Assembly (NCBI RefSeq): GCF_006345805.1 | Contig: NC_043011.1 | Location: forward strand, 11,532,001 to 11,596,000 | Source of the DNA: Octopus sinensis | Taxonomy: Eukaryota | DNA length: 64,000 bases | Direction of reading: 5' to 3' | Shown here: positions 24,844 to 37,846 of the stretch, piece after piece | Layout: each line of letters begins with the position of its first letter | How positions within the stretch are numbered: position 1 is the first letter of the stretch | The notes under the pieces: model-generated | The model's input: only the letters and a program-made list of their open reading frames with translations | Told to the model about the DNA's origin: nothing | Databases searched by the model: none | Program-made: the position numbers and the translations under genes

Positions 24844-25238
24844 CCAATTATACCAACCACAACACTTGACTGGTAGATCTCAGAGCATAAAAATGCCAGA
24901 CCAGCAATGTCCTAATGGTTTGCCAATCCACTGCTCCAAACAATGATAGTAGTAGTAGCAATAACAATTGCTACTGAATGATTTTTTTTCCTTTTACATC
25001 ACTACAAATTGATTTCAGTATACACCTGGTACTCATTTTTCAGTATACACCTGGTACTCATTTTACTAACTTGAGCGGAATAAAAGGCAGTCATAATCTC
25101 CAATTATAAAGTGAGGTTGTTGAAGTTTTCCCACATCCTCAATATTTCAAGTTGTACATTTGTGAACTTAAGTCTTTCAAGTCCCTTTTTGTGTGTGCTA
25201 CATCTACAAATTGGCAGAATCTGTTTCCCTTATTGTTA

Positions 25239-25525
25239 TCTCTCTGTATATAAACGACAAAATGTCTGTGTGTGTGTCCTTTATACAAATCCACAATTTT
25301 TCAGTTAGAGGGCTCGCACTTTCTATGCTCATTCAAAACTGTCCAAGGGTGGTCGTGCACATCTTTACATTTCTCCAGTCACCCAGCAAAGCCATTAAAA
25401 AATCAATAGAAGTGACTTTTTGGTGAATTTTCTATCCAAAACCCAATCAAAATGCCCGAAACTTGATGCGCCAATTGAATCCCAGCTAGCTGTATGTGAT
25501 TGGTTGGAGATTTGGACAGTTGCTG
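25239..25525 (+). mobile_element. Non-autonomous Helitron family H2, 3'-truncated
   Basis: A|TCTCTCTGTATATAAAC start; homologous to 27250-27611 and 60542-60883. Confidence 0.75.
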
Positions 25526-25708
25526 GGTGATAGTGCTAGTATTGGATAAAGTGATAACTGATAAAGCCCATAAACACACTTACCAGTTGCATTTTGCTTA
25601 TATTTCATTTCTTTTTCTTTTCCAAAGCAGTTTGTGTTTGTTTATGTTCCACAAAATTTTTTGCAACACCAATCTGTAGTTTCTCAACAGGTATACATTT
25701 TTCTTTTG

Positions 25709-25963
25709 AATGCCGGTGGCACGTAAAAAGCACCAACCGATCGTAGCCATTGCCAGCCTTGCATGGCACCTGTGCCAGTGGCATGTAAAAAGCACCCACT
25801 ACACTCACGGAATGGTTGGTGTTAGGAAGGGCATCCAGGTGTAGAAACAATGCCAGATCAGACTGGAGCCTGGTGCAGCCTTCTGGTTTCCCAGATCCCG
25901 GTCGAATCGTCCAACCCATGCTAGCATGGAAAACGGACGTTAAACGATGATGATGATGATGAA
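25709..25963 (+). mobile_element. RTE 3'-end copy (family C)
   Basis: Family motif plus (GAT)n tail. Confidence 0.85.
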
Positions 25964-26127
25964 TGCATGGTTTTCATTTTATAACTGATTTTTTGCTGTT
26001 GTTAAACCTCCATGGTAGAAAGAATGGGAGCAGATGATATTTTTGCTTACTTAAAGCTTTATTTCTATTTGCAAGCATCACCTGTTTGCATGTCAGGTGG
26101 ACATTATTGTTCTTGGGACTTACTTAA

Positions 26128-26347
26128 ACCTTTAGTGTTTAAACCGGCCATATCTGGCCAAAATATTCTACCTATTTTGTGTTCAAACTAATCAGATATG
26201 GTCATTCATAGCTACCTTACTGTGTCATTTAAAAAATAAACAATCACATCATTGAAATCTCAAAGCCATGAAATGATGCAAGATTAATTTTACATGGTGT
26301 GAATACATAAGTTTTACATTTGACAGAATAATTTGAATGCTAAAGGG
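26128..26347. mobile_element. piggyBac-type MITE
   Basis: TTAA...CTAAAGGG|TTAA; homologous to 3406. Confidence 0.75.
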
Positions 26348-27249
26348 TTAAACCTTATTTTTGTATCATTATGGTGTTGCATTGTTAACCCAGTCGTTCT
26401 TCATATTCTGTGTATGTGGGTGAGGGTCTGCCTCCTGTATTTGTATAGCTTCTGTATTGTCATAAGGTTGGATCTTTTACATAACTGAAAATAATTTTTC
26501 AACCATTCTTTTTTTTGTTATTAAGCTACTGTGTTTTTGTATGCCATGTTGATGGCATTTGGATGCTTGCTTTCTCTCATTGTACTCTCTCTCCAATGTG
26601 CTGAAATTCTTTCACATAGGCTACATGATGTTACTCCTATGTAAGTTGCAGTGCTATTTCCAAATTGTCATTTCATGCATTTTATACGGGACGCAATGTC
26701 TCTAATTTTAGGTTTGTTGCATATACTTTGCAGTTGTTGGTGCAAAATGTTTTCTTAGATGCTTTTTTATACAGCAATGACATGATGGATCTACCTGATT
26801 TTCTACAACTTTGATTCTAAAGTTTTGTGTCATACAGTGCTGTTTTTTAAATTTTCAGGTTAATTAACCTTTGGGTTAATTGATGAACATCACACCTTGT
26901 ATATTTTGGATGTCCTAACACCAACCACTCCGTGAGTGTAGTGGGTGCTTTCTACGTGCCACCAGCACAGGTGCCAGACAAGACTGGCAAACAGCCACGA
27001 TCGGATGGTGCTTTTTATGTGCCCGAGAATAATAATTTCTTAGGATTGAATTTTAAGGAACTGGGGAATTGTGTTGCTCATGTCTTTTACAGAGACATGA
27101 ATATTACAAATTGTGTTAGCAGCTTAAATTTCAACTGAAAATCGTTCATGGCTTTTACTCAGAAGAGACTTACCTGTACACTTCTCTTTATGAACACAGC
27201 CATCTTTGTTTGAAAAATGAAGCCATTGAACTAACCTTATTATATTATA

Positions 27250-27611
27250 CTAGCACTATGACCCGGCAACACCGGGTCATAGTGCTAGTGCATGCATATA
27301 CAGCTGCGTGCGTGCGCACATACACGCGAGTACTGTCCAAATCTCCGACCAATCACATACAGCTAGCTGGCATTCAATTGGCATATCAAGTTTCGGGCAT
27401 TTTGATTGGGTTTTGGATAGAAAATTCACAAAAAAGTCACTGCTATTGATTTTTTAATGGCTTTGCTGGGTGACTGGAGAAATGTAAAGATGTGCACGAC
27501 CACCCTTGGACGGTTTTGAATGACCATAGAAAGTGCGAGCCCTCTAACTGAAAAATTGTGGATTTGTATAAAGGACACACACAGACATTTTGCCGTTTAT
27601 ATATAGAGAGA
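27250..27611 (-). mobile_element. Non-autonomous Helitron family H2, complete
   Basis: TC start; perfect 17-bp hairpin 27250-27288 ending in CTAG. Confidence 0.8.
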
Positions 27612-27841
27612 TATCGCTGGTAGTTTTGTTACTGTCTTCAGATTTTTCTGGAGGAACTGGAAAAATGGAACTCAAGTATTTGAGAAACTGGCATAAATAG
27701 ATAGTAAATTCTCTATCACCTTTCACCAACCTCATTACTTTTCTATACGCAATAACATCTTCAGACAATTCATCTATTGTTCACTGACTGAGCAAACTTT
27801 ATGTGGTCAGAAGTCTCAACCAATAGCTCATCATTATTGAT

Positions 27842-28215
27842 CAGCTGTGTGGTAAGTAGCTTGCTTACCAACCACATGGTTCTGGGTTCAGTCCCACTGC
27901 GTGTTACCTTGGGGAAGTGTCTTCTACTATAGCCTCGGGCCGACCAAAGCCTTGTGAATGGATTTGGTAGACGGAAACTGAAAGAAGCCCGTCGTATATA
28001 TGTATATATATATATGTATGTGTTTGTCCTCCCAACATCGCTTGACAACCGATGCTGATGTGTTTATGTCCCCGTAACTTAGTGGTTTGGCAAAAGAGAC
28101 CGATAGAATAAGTACTAGGCTTACAAAGAATAAGTCCTGGGGTCGATTTGCTCAACTCAAGGCGGTGCTCCAGCATGGCCGCAGTCAAATGCCTGAAACA
28201 AGTAAACGAATAAAT
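27842..28215 (+). mobile_element. SINE family A
   Basis: Consensus match. Confidence 0.88.
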
Positions 28216-28475
28216 GAATGAACGGTGTGAACTAGCAGCTTTTTTGCATATAGTATTAGGAAGGGTTAAGACATAGCACTGCAAATTCATGAAGCACTGT
28301 TTCAGTGCTTACACTGATAGACTATTCCATGTACATAACAGTTTGGTGGACTAAGTCATTAAGAGCTAATCATTTTGACACCACTGAATAGGTATGAAAT
28401 ACTAGTCCTAGTTTAGTTGTCTGTTACCCAATCAATTCAGTTGTGAATGTTAAGTCAATAATTGTTATAATATTG

Positions 28476-28720
28476 GGATCTTTTCAGTTTGAACGGCAGT
28501 TTTTAACATAATTTCTAGGTAACTAAAAAATTTTAAACTTCGTATACTGGTAGAATGTGTTTATAAAACATCTTTTTCTCTTGGCTTTATTGAGAAAATT
28601 CTATAGTTTGTAAGATATTTGTTGTTTTTTTTCTTCACTTTCTGCAATTTCAACCAATCAGTGACGTCTAGTGAGGTAAAAAGCATTCTGTGCCGTATGA
28701 ATATGTCCCTCGTTTAAGAG
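28476..28720 (+). mobile_element. MITE family G, left part
   Basis: Terminus GGATCTTTTC(A/G)GTTTGAACGGCAGTTTT shared with 54751, 56942 and 57340. Confidence 0.75.
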
Positions 28721-29117
28721 AAGTGCTCTATGTACCATGACAAATTCTGGATTAGACTTCAAAGAAAAAGAAGAAAACTGGACAAGAAAATCTGGTATGA
28801 CAAAAATATACAAGGTGTGATGTTCATCAATTAACCCAAAGGTTAATTAACCTGAAAATTTAAAAAAACAGCACTGTATGACACAAAACTTTAGAATCAA
28901 AGTTGTAGAAAATCAGGTAGATCCATCATGTCATTGCTGTATAAAAAAGCATTTAAGAAAACATTTTGCACCAACAACTGCAAAGTATATGCAACAAACC
29001 TAAAATTAGAGACATTGCGTCCCGTATAAAATGCATGAAATGACAATTTGGAAATAGCACTGCAACTTACATAGGAGTAACATCATGTAGCCTATGTGAA
29101 AGAATTTCAGCACATTG

Positions 29118-29250
29118 TGGAAACACTGCCAGATCAGACTGGGCCTGGTGCAGCCTTCTGGCTTCCCAGACTCCAGTTGAACCGTCCAACCCATTCTAGC
29201 ATGGAAAGCAGACGCTAAACGATCATGATGACTTTGATGATGATGATGCT
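29118..29250 (+). mobile_element. 3' half of a family-C copy whose 5' half now lies inverted at 26908-27025
   Basis: The two halves rejoin the consensus GTGTTTC(T)A-cagct-GGATG with about 5 bp lost. Confidence 0.75.
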
Positions 29251-30098
29251 ATTATCATGTCCCAGTACACTAAGATGTGGAAAAAAGAAAACAGACTCCA
29301 TTTCACAAGATAAGGGTCAAATAGCAGCCTGAGTATTAAAGAAAACTAGTACGTTAAGAGTAAAGAAAGGGTAATGACCCCTTTTAGTCATGAATAATCA
29401 TGGAATTGCACCTAGAAAGTTCCTCTCTGAGGCACAAATCTGGGTGAGGTTATTTATGGAAGACCAGCAGTCACCCATGCATACCAACCTTCCCTCTCCA
29501 TGCCACTGATGTGATCCAAGGGAATACAACTTGGCACCTGTGACATCACAACTCATTTCTACAGCTGAGTGACCTGGAGCAATATGAAATAAAGTGTCTT
29601 GCTGAAGAACACAACACACAGCCCAGTCCAAGAATCAAACTCACAAACTTGGACACTCTAACCACTGAGCTATGTGCATTCCAATCACTGAGCCCTGTTT
29701 AAGAGTATTGTTCCTATTAAACAAGAACTGAGTTCCTGTAAGATAGCATCAATACAATGAAGCAATGTTATGTTGTCACATCTGAATCATTGAGTAGCTC
29801 TGCACCATGGAAGGCAAATAAATGCATAATACTCTTGACACAGGTTATAACCGGGCGATTGATTAAAGCTGAACATCATCATTTGATAATCTACCTGGTG
29901 GTTTTTTCAGTCTTACTGCGGGCATAGTACCCTATGGTTTAGGATTTTAGACAACAGAAAGTTTGTTGATGACTAATGATTGAACAGAATCATAACAATG
30001 AATGTATTTGGTTTGAGTTATTAATTCTTATTTGATGATAAAAATAGTTTCTGAAAAGAAAGTTAATTAGATTTTTTTTATATATATATTTTATTTAC

Positions 30099-30159
30099 CT
30101 CTGATTTGTCGGTCTATCACATATCCTTCTTTACGCATCTTAGAACACCACTCCTGAAC
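30099..30159 (-). CDS. CHMP3: CHMP3 coding exon 2
   Basis: Pyrimidine tract plus TTTAG acceptor, GTAAAT donor; VQEWCSKMRKEGYVIDRQIR(A) matches CHMP3 VNEWSLKIRKEMRVVDRQIRD; 61 nt. Confidence 0.95.
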
Positions 30160-33100
30160 CTAAAAATGGAAAATAAGACACTTAGGACACAGTTTTCCTT
30201 TATTTTTATACTTGCTTTTACCCCCTTTTCAAATGTATTTTGGCCACAGAGGGCAACAGAATGCTATTAAACCAGACAGAGCACTTGTAAGGCATCATTT
30301 AAGATGTTTGCTGGAGCATATCTCCTTCAGCAAACTACCTACAACACAATGTCAGTAACACTTTTGGTGTTAAAGGTTGGTGCAGTTAAATGCAAGATAT
30401 GAATGACTAACAATGTAACAAGAGACTTGATAAAAGGAAGTATATCTTTAATAGTAAAATTTCATCATCATAGAGATTAGAGAAATTGAAATATGAGTGC
30501 ACATACTTTTACTCCAATCAATTTATGATATTTATTGACAGTGAATTTACATCTCCAGGAGTTAGTTCAAAGAGAACCTGCTAATCTGAGATTAACAGCA
30601 ACAGAACACCTTGCTGGAATTCTTGTTGCATTTTGCACATCTTCCAGAACGTACAAGGAGTGTATTTGTGATGAGAAGGATCCAGGTACTCAGATGTAGA
30701 GTTCTTATAGAGCCAATAAAAACACAACCACAGAGACAATTCAGTAAGTAGGCAGCATTTGTTACAAAGCTAAGTGGATTATAGCAGAATGGCTGCATTC
30801 ACTCTCTGCTTGAACAGGATTAAGGTTACTCACTTTTGTTGGTTGTTGTTGGGTCTACTTTGACTAATACTTCAATTAATAAGTGTGCATCATAAGTTAA
30901 TTTATTTTAACAGGGAGGTTGAACCAACTCACCACCTGTTTACAACAGCAGATATAATTCTTGCCATTCTACCAGTTTTTGCTCACAGATAGGCTGTGAA
31001 CATACTGCAAGACTGAAATTTAAGGATATTTAAGGACCATTACAAGTCCTTTTGCCATGTGAGTGTAATGTGGCCAACAAATTATATTATTCAGAAAAGT
31101 GTACATGAAATCAATAAAAAAAAATTTTTTTTTTCAACAGTATAATTTTTTCAGAAACTTCATACTGAATAAGAAAAAAATAGTAATCTTAATATTAGAT
31201 GAAAGATACCACTAAGTGAAGAACCTTAGACTTCAGTATTAAAATGTGAATTCCAGGTAACTACAATTCTAGATGGGAAGGATTGAATAACGTGTTCTAT
31301 ACAGTGTTTCAAAGTAATGATACAAGAAAGGGTGGATGCAATGGAAGGATTTGGTGAGATGTGGTATGCAGTTTGTAAGATGTGTTAGTTGTAATTGTAC
31401 TAGAAAAGACAAAAAAAAACCCCAGCACATCTGTAAGCTTGTAGTTGTAGTATGTTGGTGACATTGTCAATCAGCTACAGGTCCTATTTTTGATGATACA
31501 GTCTAGGTAATACAACATTGTCCCAGATATGTAAACAATAGTATTTGAATGTCAGCTGCACTTTATAGGTAGTGTTTTCAGGACCTGAAGAGAAAGTTTT
31601 AGTTTTTGATATGCAGTTGGCATTATTTCACATGTGGATATCATCATGAGAGGTCTTCATGGATTGTGAAGTCTGTGTGTTCTTGATACATAGAGTGTTG
31701 TAACAACAAGAAAATTAGCTAGAGACGCTCATATCAAATACAGTTGCATACTTTTGGATACTATAATTGTTAGATACTATAATTGCTATTATAGACAATA
31801 ATCTTGCTGTCACCAAAGACCTCCAGGAATAAAGGCTACAGACGCTGAACAAAGAATAGTTCTCAAGCAATAACGGCAAAGAACATCTGTAATATGCTAG
31901 AACAGCACAGTTCATTGCAACTATATGTCAAAGCCTTGACACTTACTAAACACACAAAAGGAATTCTAAGGGGACAAAATAATCACACAATGTTCAACTT
32001 GATTATTTACCTGATTTATATGAATAGACAAAACAACAAAGAATGCAATATTATCTCAGTGCACGTCCACATGACCAACCACAAAAGATCCCAGACTAAA
32101 CACTGAAAGTTAGAATGTAGGACCAATAAGTCGTTAAACTGGTTTTTATGTGGTTATAAACTTGAATTTTCAGCAGTTACTCTCTACACTTATCTTAGCT
32201 TACATAGGAGTTTCAACTTACAAATTGTATGATCTAAGTGGTTCTTTAAATTCATTGATTGTAAGACTCTAGGACAGACTAAATCAACAGGCTATATGGG
32301 CTGGTTCCCCTCTTTGTCTTTCTTCAACTTGCTATGAGTTCCACAGATGAAAGATACACTTAGGATTCCCCCCCAAAAGACGGAGAGAATGATGACTATA
32401 CTATTGCATGGAGTAGAACCACAGACTCTGTACTGTAGCCAGATAAAACAATTAAATAGTTTCTGTCTTTGATCAAGTGGTCAGATATGATCCTCAATGT
32501 AAACTCAGCGGCATGCAGGTATTACTAACGAGATGACGATTTCACTGGAGTGGTCATATGGTTCAGGTGCAAAACATTTGCATTCCCAAAGCAGCTTGCT
32601 ACTGGTAAATGTTTTGTTGGAGGACTACTAAAATGTCATAGATACTCTCTAAAGGGAAATCTGAAGATGTATCATATGAACAAAAATGTGACTTACTTCA
32701 CAGCTTCAGTGGCTGTTCATGATAGATGGAGAACTCTTTGCCTTATGAGCATTGAACACTGTGAGTAGACATAGTGAAGGCCTTTGTTAAGAATAAGGGA
32801 AGGGGAGATAACTGAAAGATTTAAATTGATTGAATTGCCCTTTAACTTTCATTTTATATTATACTATGGTACTTATTTATCATATCAAAATTACTTTGCA
32901 GATAACTGACATCTAAAAAAGATAATAAATATGAGTGTGTGTGTGTGTGTTTGTGCATTGGTAGAAATCACAGCAGTTTATTCTAGCAGAAAAAATACCT
33001 GGAGGGTGGTGATTCTTCTAGCAAATATAATAGTTTTAGCACTATTTTAGTTTTACCATGATGAATAAGTATTTTGGGGTACAGTGGATCACCAATTATC

Positions 33101-34075
33101 TTTTTTTTCTATGCACTTCAACATTCTAAGACCAGCCTTTACACACACACACACACGTATATATTAGATAATAAAACGAATGGTTTATACCTGGTAGCTT
33201 ACTAGCTTACATGGTTTATACCATGGTCACTTTCATAGTGTTCATTACGTGTTTGGTTAATGAGAGATGGAAGATAAAAGAGTTTTTATTAATCACTACA
33301 ATTGTTTCGACTCATCTAGCACTGATCCCTCAGGTGGAATACTTAAAAACTGCTTCAGGAGTATCTGACAGTGCAGATGTGTCTCTTCAGGTGATAAACA
33401 GATACAACTTGTTAAAATAACAGCTTCGCAATGTATTTTCTCGATTCTTGTGAAGAAAAGTAGCAAATTAAAGGATATAGCTTCATTTATATTGAGGATC
33501 AATAATAGAATAACAGATGAAAAAAAAGAAACCAACATGCAATACAACGAAAAAAAAAATTAAATATAACCGTTAACGTAACTTGTATGATGCATGTACA
33601 CTTGTTCATACAAACAGCCACAAAGATGTAAACATATGTGCATGTGTGGTTTGATGCACTTACGAATGGGGAGGTTAAAGCTAAATTTAATTCATCCATA
33701 CCTTAAGGAGGGATTACATTAACAGCTACTCAGATTCATTCCCACTGCATTGTGTGAAAGTGCATTTATATGCATGTTAGCATCTTGAAAGTCTTTCACA
33801 AATTCTATAAATGATCTTGTCAGTTGTCCACGGAATAGACAAGGATTCCTTGGAGAAGAGCTGGCATCTCTTGGAAAAGATATTATATGGTTTTGCATAC
33901 CTAACTATAGACCAAATTAAGTTATATTTAATTTCATCTTCCTTAAGTCACCACACAAAATCAGCCAAAGATGTTGAATGCCTCTTATTGATTTTCTTGC
34001 AGCTGGAAACATGGTTGCGATAACGATTCTTGAGTGAATCAGCTGTTGCCCCAATGTAAACATACAACCCACCCC

Positions 34076-34383
34076 TTGTGTGCACAGTACATTTATATAC
34101 AAGATTTGTACTCATACAGAGGTTCATCAATGGGTACTTTGATGATACTTATTTGTATATATGGCAGTTCTGACGTCATTTTCCTATGTTGTTGCTGTGT
34201 TAGCTATATAACAATCATTTCTACTATCATTGTGTGCACAGTACATTTATATACAAGATTTGTACTCATACAGAGGTTCATCAATGGGTACTTTGATGAT
34301 ACTTATTTGTATATATGGCAGTTCTGACATCATTTTCCTATGTTGTTGCTGTGTTAGCTATATAACAATCATTTCTGCTATCA
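34076..34383. repeat. 154-bp tandem duplication inside the Penelope-like element
   Basis: Copies 34076-34229 and 34230-34383, two mismatches seen. Confidence 0.9.
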
Positions 34384-35015
34384 TGATTTGGATGTATCTG
34401 GTGCTTTTCATTGTGGTTTACATCTTTGTTGGCACTTTGATGCATATGTTTGCTAGTTCCAGAAGGTGGGTTATTGAGCTGTTGTTCCATTTTGCTATTG
34501 TTTACGCAGTGCATATGCTGCTCCAAATAAAGTTAGCATAAAATACCTTCACGGTGCGTCTATTAAAAAATAGCATTGTACCTGTTAGATTTAGAGAAAA
34601 ACATTTGTCTAAAGCAGCAAAAAATTTCCTAGCAATCTTGCTTGAAACATGTGAACCGAAGGTTGGGTTGTACCAGAGGACATCATGATTCCTATATCTG
34701 TTGTTTGACTTACTTGTTTTAATGTGTTGTACAGGATTGAAACAATTCATTGTGCCATGAGCAGTAGAATTATTGTGTTGTGTGTGAGTTTTGGTTAGTA
34801 GTTTATTGCCTTGACCGATTCTTAGTGGCCAGTGTTCTCGATCTGAGTCAGTTCACATACAGTAATGTTGTGTTGGTGTAGTCTGTATTATTGTTGGAGG
34901 ACTTGGCAGGGTTGTGTATGTTTGTGTCATGTATGTAATGAATTTTCTCACTGTATCCAGCCCTAGCTAAAGCAGTACTGTAATTTTTTTATTAGCAGAT
35001 AACCTAGAGATTCAT

Positions 35016-35425
35016 ACTCTTTACTCTTTTACTTGTTTCAGTCATTTGACTGTGGCCATGCTGGAGCACCACCTTTTAGTCGAGCAAATCAACCCCAGGA
35101 CTTATTCTTTGTAAGCCTAGTACTTATTCTATCGGTGTATTTTGCCAAACCGCTAAGTTACAGGGACATAAACACACCAGCATCGGTTGTCAAGCGATGT
35201 TGTGGGGACAAACACAGACACACAAACACATACATATATATATATACATATATATATACATATATATGACGGGCTTCTTTCAGTTTCTGTCTACCAAATC
35301 CACTCACAAGGCTTTGGTCGGCCCGAGGCTATAGTAGAAGACACTTGCCCAAGGTGCCATGCAGTGGGACTGAACCCGGAACCATGTGGTTGGTAAGCAA
35401 GCTACTTACCACACAGCCACTCATG
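35016..35425 (-). mobile_element. SINE family A inserted in the Penelope-like element
   Basis: Consensus match. Confidence 0.9.
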
Positions 35426-36867
35426 CAGAAATATTTTTAATTAATACCCATATTGTTGAAGTGGATGGTTGGGCGCTACATTTATATACTTAATAATTAT
35501 TATTTGGTTTATGAAATGATTCAAATAATCCAGTATCAAGACAAAAGGTAGCATCAAGGAAAATTACTCTACTCTACACTAATTTGTTCCTATAGTAATG
35601 TTGAGTTCTAAAATCTTAAAAAGTCTAAAGAAATGTTTCCTATACCTTTCTAGTTGTACTTTTCTGTCCAGGAAAAATATGGTGTCACCCCTATATAGAC
35701 TTCCTTCTACTGGAAAGGAAGACTGAATTAATGAAAGGATATATATATTCTGACTAAGTCTATGACCTGTGCGGAGTTAGATGATCCCATTGCTATATCA
35801 AAAGCATTCTCTCTATCTGATCTACTTCATAATCTGCCATCAAAATATACTAAAGTAGTTTGCACTGCAACTATTATATCTATTTCACATCAGGACAAAT
35901 TGGAATTTTTCATACTATAAATCAAGGCTTTATTGAGGAGGATTGGGTTAATAGTGGCATAATAACTCTCTGTTTAATTTTTCAAGAATTTACTATTTTT
36001 GTTAATTTCTAGAAGCTTAAACCAGCCAATTACCTCTTGGGTATCTGACCAGAAGGCTAATCTAATTTTAGATTTTAGGGCAAGTAGTACTCTGTCGATG
36101 ATTTTCTTACTAAGAATCCCTATATCTGATTTAGAAGGACAGATCAATCTGAGGGGTTAATTAGAAAGTTAGGTTGATGATCCTTAATCATAATCTGGGG
36201 TTTTCTAGGGATGTAAGGCTCGGTTATATCAGCTATAGCTAAATCTCTGGAGACTTATAACCTTGTATTGTTAATTCTTTTTAAAGACACTTTATTAGTG
36301 TCTATATTTGCTGAGTAATTCCTAATCATATTCTTATATAATGCAATATCAACAATGTAAATGTTTCTTGTTTCGTCTTCTGGTACAAGTATCCCTGGAG
36401 CTTTCTTGAAGTCATCAAGTAATTTTCTAATTGCCTACTGACGTATATTGTACCTTCTAGGGTATTTCCTGAACTTCACATTCTTAACAATACAATAAAA
36501 TTCCTCTTCAAATCTGGGTAGGTGTTGGTTAGTTAGTGGCTCCTTCCAATTTGAATACTTTTCTTAGTGGGTCTCCATATTCAGGTTTGTCATTTCATTT
36601 AACTTTTCTGTCAAAGAAGAAAACTTTCCACCACATACTTTGTATGAATTGGTTGAATTTTTCCAAAAGTTCACTTATATAATCCTTCCTACTGGGTATA
36701 GGTATATCCTTTAGCAAAACATCCAGTGTTATTCTTTTCATTTTTGTGGCATGTTACTTTATAACACCTTACTCCTGGAAATCGGAAATTGGTTGTAGCT
36801 ATTAGATAATAAAACAAATGGTTTATGCCTGGTGGTTCACTGGTAAAGCACGGTCACTTGCAGAAAT

Positions 36868-37808
36868 AGGCGCAGGAGTGGCTGAGTGGTAAGTAGCTTG
36901 TCTACCAACCACATGGTTCCGGGTTCAGTCCCACTGCGTGGCACCTTGGGCAAGTGTCTTCCACTATAGCCTCGGGCCGACCAAAGCCTTGTGAGTGGAT
37001 TTGGTAGACGGAAACTGAAAGAAGCTCGTCGTATATATGTATATATATGCGTGTGTGTTTGTCCCCTAGCATTGCTTGACAACCGATGCTGGTGTGTTTA
37101 TGTCCCCATCACTTAGCGGTTCGGCCGCAGTCAAATGACTGAAACAAGTAAAAGAGTAAAGAGAGTTCCTTATGTATTTGGTTAATGAGAGATGGAAGAT
37201 ACAAGAGTTTTTATTAACCAAATATATATATAGGAGTGGCTGTGTGGTAAGTAGCTTGCTTACAAACCACATGGTTCCAGGTTCAGTCCCACTGCATGGC
37301 ACCTTGGGCAAGTGTCTTCTACTATAGCCTTGGGCTGACCAAAGCTTTGTGAGTGGATTTGGTAGACGAAAACTGAAAGAAGCCTGTCATATATATGTAT
37401 ATATGTGTGTGTGTGTGTGTGTGATGTGTGTGTGTGTCTGTGTTTGTCCCCCCCAACATCGCTTGACAACCGATGCTGGTGTGTTTACGTCCCCATAAGT
37501 TAGCGGTTCGGTAAAAGAAACTGATAGAATAAGTACTAGGCTTACAAAGAATAAGTCCTGGGGTCGATTTGCTTGATTAAAGGCGTTGCTTCAGCATGGC
37601 CACAGTTAAATGACTGAAACAAGTAAAGAGAGAGTATAGGTGTAGGAGTGGCTGTGTGGTAAGTAACTTGTTTACCAACCACATTGTTCTGGGTTCAGTC
37701 CCACTGTGTGGTACCTTGGGCAAGTGTCTTCTGCAATAGCCTCAGGCTGACCAAAGCCTTGTGAGTGGATTTGGTAGACGGAAACTGAAAGAAGCCCATC
37801 ATGTATAT

Positions 37809-37846
<38 letters not shown>

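Larger units (their letters stand above)
26594..29117. repeat. Inverted duplication (arms 26594-26907 and 28803-29117) flanking a 1.9-kb segment
   Basis: About 314-bp arms of non-family sequence; by eye they differ by one substitution and one homopolymer indel. Confidence 0.92.
33165..37225 (-). mobile_element. Penelope-like element (RT plus GIY-YIG), decayed near-full-length with direct terminal repeats
   Basis: RT: FDIAMGSSNSAQVIDLV, IFLDATFCLDTGLFESFHKPNN; linker: VLWYNPTFGSHVSSKIARKF; GIY-YIG: LVYKCTV...YIGATADSLKNRYRNH...STSLADFVW; repeat ATAAAAC(G/A)AATGGTTTAT...GGTTAATGAGAGATGGAAGAT at both ends. Confidence 0.8.

Noticed and set aside
25012-25064. Short tandem duplications (26-bp here; ~42-bp at 46563-46640; ~17-bp at 63280)
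   Set aside because: Ordinary slippage-type duplications with no further structure
30540-31050. Coding-looking stretch (LQELVQREPANLRLTATEHLAG...) with a nearby TTTTAACAG acceptor
   Set aside because: Multiple stops and no family motif I can name; possibly an ancient TE, unassigned
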